Assembly (NCBI RefSeq): GCF_036321535.1
Contig: NC_087454.1
Coordinates: forward strand, 20,026,001 to 20,090,000
Source: Camelus dromedarius
Lineage: Eukaryota
Direction: 5' to 3'
DNA: 64,000 bases
Made by a program: the position numbers and the translations under genes. The notes under the pieces are model-generated. The model searched no databases. It was not told the origin of the DNA and worked only from the letters and a program-made list of their open reading frames with translations. Below are positions 46,305 to 57,075 of the stretch, piece by piece; the first letter of the stretch is position 1, and each line of letters starts with the position of its first letter.

Positions 46305-47632
46305 ATGATTTGTGAGACTCGAGGTAAGGCAGTGCTCTGCCCAGGGAGGGCTGTGGTGCACGGGGAACCGTGGGTAAAAAGTGGTGTGTGTGGTTCATGA
46401 GTAGGTGGCCAGGGCCTCTCGGGACCAGAGAGTGCAAGTGGACAAGGGACTTCATGGGGAGGCCCAGAGAGGGCAGGGATGGCAGTGGGAGGCTTCTGAG
46501 GGGTGAATGAGGTAACCCGTGAGGGATGGCTACCTCTGGTGGGAAGTGAGGGAATGCAGTCTGGGGTGAAGGATCTCTCAGAGAATCTTCTGCCTCTAAC
46601 ACTGTTGGAGAGAGGAGTTGAGATCCATGGCCAACCAGGAGGATGGGGTGAGCTGAAGAGAAATGGGCTCTTTAATACTCCCCTCTTTTCCCTACAGAGT
46701 TATGTCTTTACGAGTATGTGACCTTAGGGCTGGGGGGGCTCCTGCTCCTGGTTTTGGTCATTCTGTCCATCTGCCTGTGTCGGCTTCGTGTGAGAGGTGA
46801 GCCCCACCCTTAGCTCCCTCATTTGCTCCTCGCTCCTCGGCCATGCCCCCTGCTACCTGCCCCCCATACCACACCCTTCCTACCACTCTCTCTCCAAGTC
46901 TCCACCAATCCTGAGTGAGGAAGGGGGCAGAAGTCTGGTGGGAGAGGGGAGGGGAGAGTGTCCAAAGAGAGAGGCCATGTCTTTGGCCGTGTGAACCACA
47001 GGGAAGTTGGCAAGTGAGGAAATGCCTGCTGGGGGTGGGGAGGCGGAGTGAGGGGGCTGGAAGATAGCACAACAGGAGGGCTGAGCTGAGCTTCTTCTTT
47101 TCTTCCAGTGAAGAGGCTGGAGAGGAGCTGGGTGAGTCTGCGGGCAGGGAAGTGTGTGATGGGGCCACAAGAGGGGGATGTGAGGGCTGTGGTGGGGGTG
47201 GGCAAGAGAAGAGAGAGAAACAGGAGCATGAGAGAGTCAGAGAGGGAATGAGAGAGACACAGGGAAAATAAGAGAGAAACCAAAAGAAAAATAAGAGGGA
47301 GAATGAGAGTGAGAGAGACCCAAAGAGAAAAGGGTGGGAGAGAGAGAGAGAGATGGAAAGAGATGGAATCTCCCCTCATGAGGAGGCAATGAGGCAAGAA
47401 AGCAGGGGTGGGGGTGGCAAGCACTCAGAAGGAAGGGTTGGGGTTGGTGGGGAGGCTCCTGGGTGACCTCCTGTCAGCGCCTTCTGCCCGGGCCCAGTCC
47501 CAGCTCCCAGAACAGGAGCTCCACTACGCATCCCTGCTGAGGCTGCCAGAGCGGGAGGGACCTGACCTCCGCAACCAAGAAAGGGAAGACAGAAAGGAGG
47601 ACCTCAGCACTGACTACGCCTGCATTGTCTAG
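46305..47632 (+). CDS. LST1: Leukocyte-specific transcript 1, transmembrane ITIM adaptor, about 91 aa
   Basis: Coding exons 46305-46323 (MICETR), 46698-46796 (ELCLYEYVTLGLGGLLLLVLVILSICLCRLRVR), 47109-47131 (VKRLERSW) and 47498-47632 (SQLPEQELHYASLLRL…TDYACIV-TAG). Two ITIM-like motifs, LHYASL and TDYACI. A probable non-coding exon donor lies at 45342/45343. Confidence 0.88.
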
Positions 47633-49116
47633 AACAAACCCACCTGAGCACCCCCAGATGCCTCCCCCACCGCAGGCGGGTGGTCAGGGCCGCCCTGAGT
47701 TTCACCCAGTAAAGACCATGATCTCACACATTCTGTGTCTTGGGCTTCTCCATCCCTCTCAAACCCCGGCTCCACATGGCCATCATCAAAGTCTAAGTGA
47801 CTTACCCTCCCGCCCGCTCTGGGGTCAGATAGGGATTCATTGGGTGAAGAAGGGTGTTGAGGGACCCACGCTCCTCTGAAGGCCAGAAAAGAGAATTTGT
47901 CTATGGGCCATTGACAAGTAGGACTAATCATGCCTGAAACTGCATTTCTCAGGCGAATGGGACTTAGCCTCCTGAGCGTGGGAGAGGGAGGTACGTTGAG
48001 TCCCAGAATGGTGGTGGTGGGAGGGGGCTCTAGGCAGGAGTGCTGGGAAGCTCCCTTCTTGGGCCAATCCAGGCCCAACTTGGTAGAAGGGAGAGTAAGA
48101 GCCAGTCGGGAGAACCCGGAGAGGGGCACATGGGGGCATCTGAAGATGGAGAAGAAATACACAAGACTCATAAGAAGCAGCTAATGGTGAGGCAGAGAGG
48201 GATTTATTGGGGTCTCTTGAAGAACACTGGGATTATTGGGGTCTGGAATCACTTATCAGAGGCCATCCAGGGAGGGGCAGTGTGTTCCCAGGTGACAGTG
48301 GCCTGATGGAGAGGTGACAGGAGTCGCGCAGCGCTGGAGCCCTCCTCCTCTTCTTGGTCTCTGTCTCCTCCTCCAGGCCTCTCACTGACCCTCTCATCTC
48401 TTCAGCCATTGTCCCGGCTCCATTACTCACATTTGCCCTAATAATAGATGGTACTGCCCATGGCCACAGAGAGAAAGCGGAAGGCATAGAATCCATCCCG
48501 AAAGAGGAGGGCTGTGCCGGCCACTAGTAGAGGGGGTCCTGCATGTGGGCAAGGGGTGGGGAGCGTTAAGTAAAGGATGCCTGGGGAAGAGGCGTGCACA
48601 GGGTCAGGGAGGGACAGAGGGCAGCGGGCCTCAGGAAGGTCTCTCAACTTCTAGAGAGAGTGGAGCCTCCAGACAAGGAGCACCAGACAACTTCTCAGCA
48701 ACTCATCTTTCTCCATCAGCAGCAGAGTCCCATTCCCTGTTCCAACACCCAGGCCCAGTACCTCCATCTGGCATGTGCTGACTCTGGCATCATGGTCTCA
48801 GGTGTCCCAGATGTTCAGCTCAGCCTGGTGGGCACTGAGGAAGCAGGAAGAGGCAAGAGGGGCCAGATGGCCCCTGAACTCTGGGGTCCCATTTCTCACC
48901 TTCTTCCCTGGGGCCACTTTGTCCTGGTACCATGTGACAGACCCAGTGGCCATTCTCCCTTGGCTGGCATTGAAGGAACAGGGTAGGGAGGCAGGGGGGC
49001 CCTCCTGGGTGTGGATCTCAGGGAGCTGGGACACCCAAAGAACACAGGATCCTGGGGGCAGAGAGAAGACCCAGAGAAACAACCCCCTAGCTACTCCAAA
49101 GATAAAAGACAAGAGT

Positions 49117-49253
49117 GGGAGAGGGTATAGTTCAGTGGTAAAGTGAGTGCTCAGTATGCACGAGGTCCTGGGTTCAGTCCCCAGTACCTCCATTTAAAAA
49201 AATAAACAATAAGCCTAATTACCTCCCTGCTAAAACAAAACAAACAAAACTCC
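49117..49253 (+). mobile_element. Young tRNA-derived SINE in NCR3 intron 1, with a 12-bp TSD
   Basis: gggagagggtatagttcagtggta…gggttcagtcccc…A-tail; aaaagacaagag at 49104-49115 and 49254-49265. Confidence 0.9.
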
Positions 49254-49779
49254 AAAAGACAAGAGAGCTTGCAGTAGAATACCCCAGCTGTACCCCTACC
49301 CATTAAGGGCCCAGAGGGACAAGTCCTTAGATGCCTCATTAAAACCCTTTTCTCTTTACCAACATAATTTCTTAACATTGCTTATTAAATAGTTTTTCAA
49401 ATTCTTTCCCATACCAACTCTCACCCTCTCCCATCATTCTCCAGTTACATTCACTAGTAACATTTTGCTGAAACTTAACCTGTCACAGTGAAATTGAAGC
49501 TCATTAATGAACGTGGCTGCCTAGTTAAATAATATCATTAATTACATTATTCCAAGTATTATTTTAGTACTAACAGCATTCAGTAGTAGACCACTTTTGC
49601 TAATTTTTGTTGTTATTGTTGTTGTTAAAGAGTATTAACTAATTAAATCTCCAGGTGAAGACATGGCTATAATTGATTGAGATCACTGTTTAACTCATTT
49701 AAATTGATGAATTAAACCAATTACTAAAATCCTTGATTAAATTCATTAGTTAATGAAATTTACCAGTCATGCTTCTATG

Positions 49780-49950
49780 TCAGTGATTCTCAAACTTGAG
49801 GGCACACTGGCACCACCTGGAGTGATTGTTAAGACAGATTCCAAGTCCCCACTCCCAGCCTTCTTTATTCACTGGGTCTGGAGTGGGTCTTGGGAATTTG
49901 CCCCAGATCCCAGCTGATGCTGAAGCTGAGGGTCTGGAGTTCACACTGCA
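49780..49950. mobile_element. MER5A-like DNA transposon relic
   Basis: cagtgattctcaaactt…gggtctggagtggg…gagttcacactg. Confidence 0.65.
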
Positions 49951-51837
49951 TTTAGTTAATGGATCTGTCTGATAATTAAAATCAGGTTCATTAAGAAATA
50001 GATTTAATTAGGTCTCCCAAACTGCTAATTTGATCTAGACCCTAGATAATAGGTTTTGTTTAATAGGCTTATTAAACTCATCAAATTAAAACTGACCCCT
50101 TTAAAAAAAAATTGACCCCATCCTTCAAGCCCTTCCTTCCTTTTTACTGGTTCTTTAAATTTGATCTCTTCAGGAAGGTGGCTGAGAAGAAAAGAATTCT
50201 GGGATGGAAGCTGGGGAATGACCCTCCGAGCAGGTGACATGAAGGGAACTGTGAACTGGGGCATCTATATCCAGCCTCCTCCCTCCTCCCAGCCCCACAC
50301 CCCTCAGGGTCCTAGAAGAAAGCCTTGTCACCTGGATGGACTGTGATAAAGACGAGCAACAGAATCCGGGCCATGTCAGAGGGCGTTCCTGTTGACAAGG
50401 AGAACCTGAGCAGTGAGGTCTGGGTGGAGGAAGAATGACCCACTACTTGTGACCAGGCCTTGGGTCACTAGATGGGGGTGGGGGGCTTCCTATAACACAC
50501 AGGACTCACACATCACTTACCAAGGACTCAACTGCCTAGGACATCGGGCATCAAATGCATGCCTCCCTGAGGAAAGAGGATGTTGCAGACAGCGGTATCT
50601 GGGTCGCTAGGAAGTGCGGGCAGCATGTGGGCAGGTTTGAGGGAGAGGGTGGAGCTTAGATGGTTGGTAAGTCAGGATGGGTTGGTGGACAAGTGAGACC
50701 AGGAAGTGGTTCCCCCACCTTCTGAGGTTCAAGAAGATCAGCCCCTTACCCAGAATAAGCCTCCAGGAGCCTTTCTGGGCCCAGAGCTAAACTACTTCCC
50801 CTCCCCTTGGCTCAACAGTGCCCAAGCCAACCCCATCCATTCCCTTCTGGCCCTCCCCCAGGGCTGCTCTAGAAATCCTATAAATAAGAGGATTAGCTGA
50901 CGCCATCCATCAGCTGGCGGCTGCAGGGGGTTGCTAGGGACTTTGTCTGGAAGCTGCATTTACATAGCAGTCATCCGGTTTCACTTAGACTGTGTGGACT
51001 TGGGTGGACTGGCAGAGAGAGTGCAGCTGATGGAGAAGTTTGGACTCATTCATATTCTGGTCTCCACTAAAGGGATACACCTCTCACAGAGGTCTGCTTT
51101 ACCTAGTGCATTCTGCACAGATTTATCACCCACTGGTAAATTCACTCATTTTGATTATTTTATTCATTATTTAACTCACATTATTGAGCAATTACAAATG
51201 TAGTTTCTAGTTTCTAGAAAATGTAGTTTTCTGTAGTAAAATATATTTTTAAAGACAAAAATGAAAAACATATTGCAATACACAGAACTCCAAGGTTATG
51301 GAGGATTAGTACAAGAGTACACCACAAACTCTTGGATACATATTACCCACCTACATGAGATAACACAGCACAAAGAAAAGAAGGATGACGTGTAATGTGC
51401 TGGGGGAAACCTGCCCAGCCCTCACTGCACATTTGCTCTCTGGTTCCTTTCACATTAATACATACTCTTTCTGTCCGTGTTTCCAGCTCTCTTTCATAAT
51501 ACAATTGTAGACTGTGCAGTTCCCACCCTTCACTGCAGTGATCTGGAGCCTTTTCCCCCCACATCACAACAACCTTTATTGCCCCAAGAGAAACTCTATT
51601 CTTCTTGCTCCATCTGCCCTCCTGTAGGACCAGAGAAAAGGGGCCCTGGAGCCCAGAACATCAACATGCAACATAAAGGGGCTCAACAGGGAAGTAAGCC
51701 CCACTGCAGCCGGGTTCCGGGTGCCTGCCTCGCTCATCCTGGGTGAGAACCGGGTCCCCTGTGGAATGCTGGGAGAGCATGGACTGCGAGCCTTTTTTTT
51801 TTTTTTTTTTTTTTTTGAAGGAGCATTGATTTTATGG

Positions 51838-51975
51838 GTTTATTTTTTTTAACATTTTTTTTATTGAGTTATAGTCATTTTACAATGTTGTGTCAAATTC
51901 CAGTGTAGAGCACAATTTTTCAGTTATGCATGAACATACATACCTTCATTGTCACATTCTCTTTTGCTGTGAGCC
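51838..51975 (-). mobile_element. 5'-truncated L1 3'-UTR insertion with a 10-bp TSD
   Basis: tttattgagttatagtcattttacaatgttgtgtc… is the reverse complement of the L1 tail at ~56660-56790; gattttatgg at 51828-51837 and 51976-51985. Confidence 0.8.
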
Positions 51976-52544
51976 GATTTTATGGTTAAGAACGCTGGCT
52001 TGGAGTCAGGCTAGATTCAAATGCCAGCTTCCCTACAAACTGATTACATGATCTTGAACAAGTTATTGAGCCTTTCTGAACCACCCAGACAAGCACAGGT
52101 ACCCCACAATCTGGGGAGGAGTAACAGCCATTCTCCATCAACAGTGGCTGCCTCTTCAGGGCCATCTAAGCAGAGGCTGTGGCACTGAAGTTCCATGGCA
52201 AGGCAAGGGCTGCCCCCTGGTGGTCACAGAGCATGGGGCAGCCTGAGGAACCAATACATGGCTTTTCCCAACCGGGCCTTAATTTTAGCTTCTGTCTGTC
52301 CATTACCTTGCCTTGTCCTATCCACACCCCATGCCCAGCCCCAGAGAGTAATGTGGAGCGAACATCCCATCTTCATCTTCCCTGGGCTCTCTTTCCCTCA
52401 CTTCTTGCCTTATCTCCTATATCTTCAACATTCTGCCCGTAACTCTTTTTTGTCTCACTGTCTTTATTATTTTTTACCATTTGTTTCTTCCCTATCTCTC
52501 TACCCACATGCCACATCCCTCTAAATATCTTTATCTCTCTCTCT

Positions 52545-52577
52545 ACACACACACACACACACACACGTGTGTGTGTG
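52545..52577. repeat. (AC)11(GT)5 compound microsatellite
   Basis: acacacacacacacacacacacgtgtgtgtgtg, preceded by (TC)n. Confidence 0.9.
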
Positions 52578-52959
52578 AGTGCACGTACACATCCGCTTAT
52601 TCACTAATTCATTCTCTCTTCATATTTCTCCCTTTCTCTTCCCCCACCTCTCTCCACATCTCTTTTTGCTTTCTCATCTTACTCTATGATGTCCCTCCCA
52701 CCCTTCCCCATCAGCACACCTCTTTCCCCTACTCCATCTCTCACTCCCTTTCTCCCTGATTTCTCTGAGTGGAAGAATGAGCCAACACTGGCAAAGTACT
52801 CACCTTTCCCTCTGGGAACTGATCACCCTCCACTGAGAAGCCTTCCCTGACTCTGCCAGGCTGGATGGCTGCGACCACTCCTGGGTGCCCTCAGACTCTC
52901 CGTGCAAGGATCCTTTTTTGTTTTTTTTTCTCTATAATATTAGTGGAAGACTTTAACTT

Positions 52960-54300
52960 ACATCTCTCAGAAAGTGGTAAATCAACCTAAAGACATAGAG
53001 GAGTGAAACCAGACAATCAACAATTTTGCTCTAATGGAACTATGCAGTATATTAGAATAACTAGAAAAATTAGGAAGTAGACATTGTTTTCAGGTACACA
53101 GATAGACATTTAGAAAAAAGAATCAAAATCTATAGAATACAATTGCTGACCAAAATCCATGACAATTGAAGAGTAACAAAAAATATTTATCATATGTTTG
53201 GAAAATTTAAAGATGCATTTCTAACATATTTGTAAACTTTAAAAAACCTACTTCTAAATAATTAAAATGCTAAAAGAGAATACAATGGAATTTAAAATAT
53301 TTTGAATGGAATGACAGGGAAAACACTGCATATCTAAACTGTGGAATGTAGCTAAAACAATTCATGGAAGAAAGTAAATGTGCATATTACAAAAGAAAGT
53401 TTGAAAATTAATGAGTTGAACGGATATCTCAAGAAATTACAAAAAGTGCACAGAGTAACTCCCCAAAATCTTAGAAGGAAATAATAGATAATTTTAGAAA
53501 TTAATGAAATAGAAAATAATAGAGCAGAAAACAAATACATATTTACAGAGACTTCTTATATCTTTTTTTTTTAGTTTTTTTTGGGGGGGGAGGGTAATTA
53601 AGTATTTATTTATTCGTTTATTTACAGAGACTTCTTATATTAAAAAATCTCTATCCAAATTGGTAAAGCAGAAAAAGAAGAGAAAAGGCATACACAGGCA
53701 TACACAAAAGTAATTTGAAGGGAATGTAATGCCAGATGCAGCAGATATTTAGACTGCAGATTTTGAGAAGATGAATAATTTTCTAGAAAAAAAAATGACC
53801 AAAACTGACTCAAGAAAAAATTAAAAGCCTGATATGTTTGTAACCATTAAAGAAACTGAATTAGATGTTCAAAATTTAACCACCAAAAAAATCACCAAAC
53901 CCAGATAGTTGTGAAACCTTCAAAACAGAGGTCATTCCGATCATATAAACATTATTCCAGTGATCAAAAAACAGGAAAAGTTTCTCAACTTCTTTCATGA
54001 GACTAATATACCCTTGCTATATGGACAATTTGAGAAAATAAAACTATAAAACAATAACAATTTCCCTCACGAAGACAGATGCGAGAAAAAAAAAACTTAG
54101 AAATATTAGCAAACCCGAATAGAATTTACTAAATAATATAAAACTTAACCAAGCAGTCTTTATCATAGGAAAGCAATTCACTATTCATGCAATTCCTGGT
54201 TTCTATTCATACAAACCACTGCATTAAGAGATTAAGGAGAAAAGTCCATATGACCTCAATTAATACGGTAAAAGCATTTCACAAAAACTGTTCATGCTAA
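52960..54300 (+). mobile_element. Old L1M ORF2 fragment, decayed
   Basis: A-rich; ctgtggaatgtagctaaaac…, aaaactgactcaagaaaaaattaaaagcctga…, aaatattagcaaac are typical L1 ORF2-region motifs. Confidence 0.65.
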
Positions 54301-56189
54301 ACAACTATTCAGATTTTAAAAAGAGAAAAAAACCCATTTTACAACAGTTATTTATGATTTTTAAAATTAGGAATATATATTAAACGTCTCTCTTCTCCCA
54401 TAAAATGTAATGTTCACTTTTGAAATGGCTTTGTATTTTTGTTTTCTGTATTTTTCCCCATCTTCCTACTCATATGTTGTGTTACCCATCATTATAAATG
54501 AGCTAGATTCTTCTAAAGCGTTAGCAGTTTAGAAGGTGAGGGTGGGGAGAGTGCCCAGGAGGGCTTTCCAGACTTACAACTTCGATGACTCCTCTTTTGC
54601 CATAACAATGGTTTACCTTAAATATTGTGTAGCCACTACCTCCTTGGTCTCTGAGAACATATCCCAGTTAAGCAAGCATTTTACCACCAACTTTAGGCTT
54701 TTTTTATTTCACAAGAGACCTTGCAGGCTGCCAAATGCACCTAAGGGGATTCACTTAATATTAGAAGAATTTTGCTGGCCCTTTCTGAAATCTGCCACCT
54801 CTGGGTTGGGTTCTTTGGAGCACGTTAAATCATTCTCTCTCCACCTTTACAAGTATTTGAATCTGTTCAGTCAGCTCTGACTTCAGCTTTTCCCTCCTGG
54901 GATGAAGACTTTCCTCCCAGGAAGGAATATCTGCTTTTTTTTCCAGCAGTCATTGGACCCTCCCTACTCTTAAGCTCTTCCCAGAGGCACTCCTGGGGAT
55001 GGCCTGCTCAGCTGGGTATTTGGTCACATGTAACGCATAAATTAGAGTTTGTAGGTTACCTCCTAGCTTCACTGAAAATGTGTGTGTGTGTATTTCCAAT
55101 TTCTTTATGGTTTCCAGGCATCAAGAGAAGAAACTTAGAAATAAACTGTTGGTATGTTCCCCATAAAGCTCTACAAGGAGGCTTTTTAGAAAAGTCTTTG
55201 GCAACAGCAACATCGGTGAGTTAGTTCTGGTTCTACAGAGCTGCACCAGAAATTAACACAACATTGTAAACTGACTATACTTTAAAAAAAATTAAGTTAT
55301 TAAAAAAGAAGCTATTGCTCGTCCCCACCCCCAGAGTTTCTGATTCCACAGACCTGGGCTGGGGCCCAACAATGTGCATTTCTAACATGATTCCATATGA
55401 TGCTACGGAAGGACCAGTCATTGAGAACCACTGCTTTAAGGAGATTCTGCATATCTCTGCTCAGATCTAGATTGTGTAGCCTAAATGTCAAAGTGATCTA
55501 CTTCCCTTATTTCTAGGTTCTTATCAGATTCCTTGCTGCTTTGCAGCTCTCTGCCCAGAGGGCCCGCCTCCCCTTCAGCCCTAACTGTGAGCAAGCCCTC
55601 TCTGTGGTCCAGGGGGTGGGGCCCTGAGTTTGGGAGAGAGGTGTCTTCTGGCATCTCTGTTCTTTCCAGGTTTTCCCCATATCTGTGTTTAGGCTGAGTT
55701 TCATTCTCCACTCACTGGCCCATCTCGATGCCCTTTATCCTTCACTTTTGTCCCATGGCCAGAGCAGCCGTCACTTTCTCTATCCCAGGAAGTTTCTCTG
55801 AGCACCAAACTCTATGTCACCTTGGTAGTCGGCCAAGCCACCCTCCATGGAACTACTACTCTGGGAGGCAATCCACTCCAAATATAAGCCAGATTCTTCC
55901 CAATGGCCTACAAGGTCCGACACAATCTGGCTTGCATCTTTTGCCTCTGCTTTCCCTCACACACGTGGCTCCAGCCGCGCTGGCCTCCCTGCTGCTCCGT
56001 GAATACTCAGACATCTAGACATATCCTCACCTTAGTACCTTTGCACTTGCTGTTCCCTCTGCCTGAAATGCTTCTTTCCCATCTGTCCACGTGGCGTATT
56101 CCCTCACCTCCTTGAAGTCTTTGCTCAAATATCACTTTCTCAGAGAAGCCTCCCCGAGCACCCTATTTAAAATTGCAGTCCAATTTCCA

Positions 56190-56790
56190 GAAGGAACCCT
56201 ACTTCAAAAAGNNNNNNNNNNNNNNNNNNNNNNNNNNNNNNNNNNNNNNNNNNNNNNNNNNNNNNNNNNNNNNNNNNNNNNNNNNNNNNNNNNNNNNNNN
56301 NNNNNNNNNNNNNNNNNNNNNNNNNNNNNNNNNNNNNNNNNNNNNNNNNNNNNNNNNNAACGCCATTTGCAGCAACATGGATGTCCCTGGAGAATGTCAT
56401 TCTAAGTGAAGTAAGCCAGAAAGAGAAAGAAAAATACCATATGAGATCACTCATATGTGGAATATATATATTAAAAAAAGAACATAAATACAAAACAGAA
56501 ACAGACTCATAGACATAGAATACAAACTTGTGGTTGCCAAGGGGGAGGGGGTGGGAAAGGACAGGCTGGGAGTTTGAAATTTGTAGATACTGACAAGTAT
56601 ATGTAGAATAGATAAACAAGATTATACTGTATAGCACAGGGAAATATATACACAATCTTGTGGTAGCTCACAGCAAAAAGAATGTGATAATGAATATATG
56701 TATGTTCATGTATAACTGAAAAATTGTGCTCTACACTGGAAATTGAAACAATATTGTAAACTGACTATAACTCAATTAAAAAAAAAACTG
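56190..56790 (+). mobile_element. L1 3' end (artiodactyl/camelid type), partly masked
   Basis: gccatttgcagcaacatggatg…attctaagtgaagtaagccagaaagagaaag…, ending in tcaatt(a)n. Confidence 0.85.
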
Positions 56791-56889
56791 CAGTCCACAC
56801 AGCCCTTCCTAGCCCCCTCCTCCGTACTTAGCTCTTCTCCATAAGCACCTACTGCCATTAATATACTTGTTTATTCATTTATTTATTTT

Positions 56890-57075
56890 GTAATTGAAAT
56901 ATAGTCAGTTTACAATGTTACACCAATTTCTGGTGTGCAGCATAATGTTTCAGTCATCCATATACATACATATTTCTTTTCATATTCTTTTTAATTATAG
57001 GTTACTACAAGATACTGAAGGTAGTTCCCTGTGCTATACAGTAGAAACTTGTTTATCTACTTTATATATAGTATT
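56890..57075 (-). mobile_element. L1 3' end fragment
   Basis: attgaaatatagtcagtttacaatgtt…gttccctgtgctatacagtag. Confidence 0.7.

Larger units (their letters stand above)
48256..50374 (-). pseudogene. NCR3: Natural cytotoxicity receptor 3 (NKp30), disrupted
   Basis: Exons 50332-50374 (MARILLLVFITVHPG), 48707-49051 (IgV domain, SCVLWVSQ…GTGNGT), 48431-48538 (TM) and 48256-48302 (c-type tail CHCHLGTHCPSLDGL). In-frame TGA at 48798-48800, donor ATGAGT in place of GTGAGT at 48706-48701, and in-frame TAG at 48438-48440. Confidence 0.93.

Noticed and set aside
50900-50935. CTCF-like CCATCAGCTGGCGG upstream of NCR3 (also GCACTAGAGTGGCGG at ~42026)
   Set aside because: At least two mismatches or an insertion against the core consensus; cannot be supported without a PWM scan or ChIP data.
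54400-55250. Unique-looking sequence between NCR3 and AIF1 as a possible decayed gene or retrocopy
   Set aside because: Manual translation gave only short, stop-interrupted frames with no recognisable family; needs tblastx or RepeatMasker.
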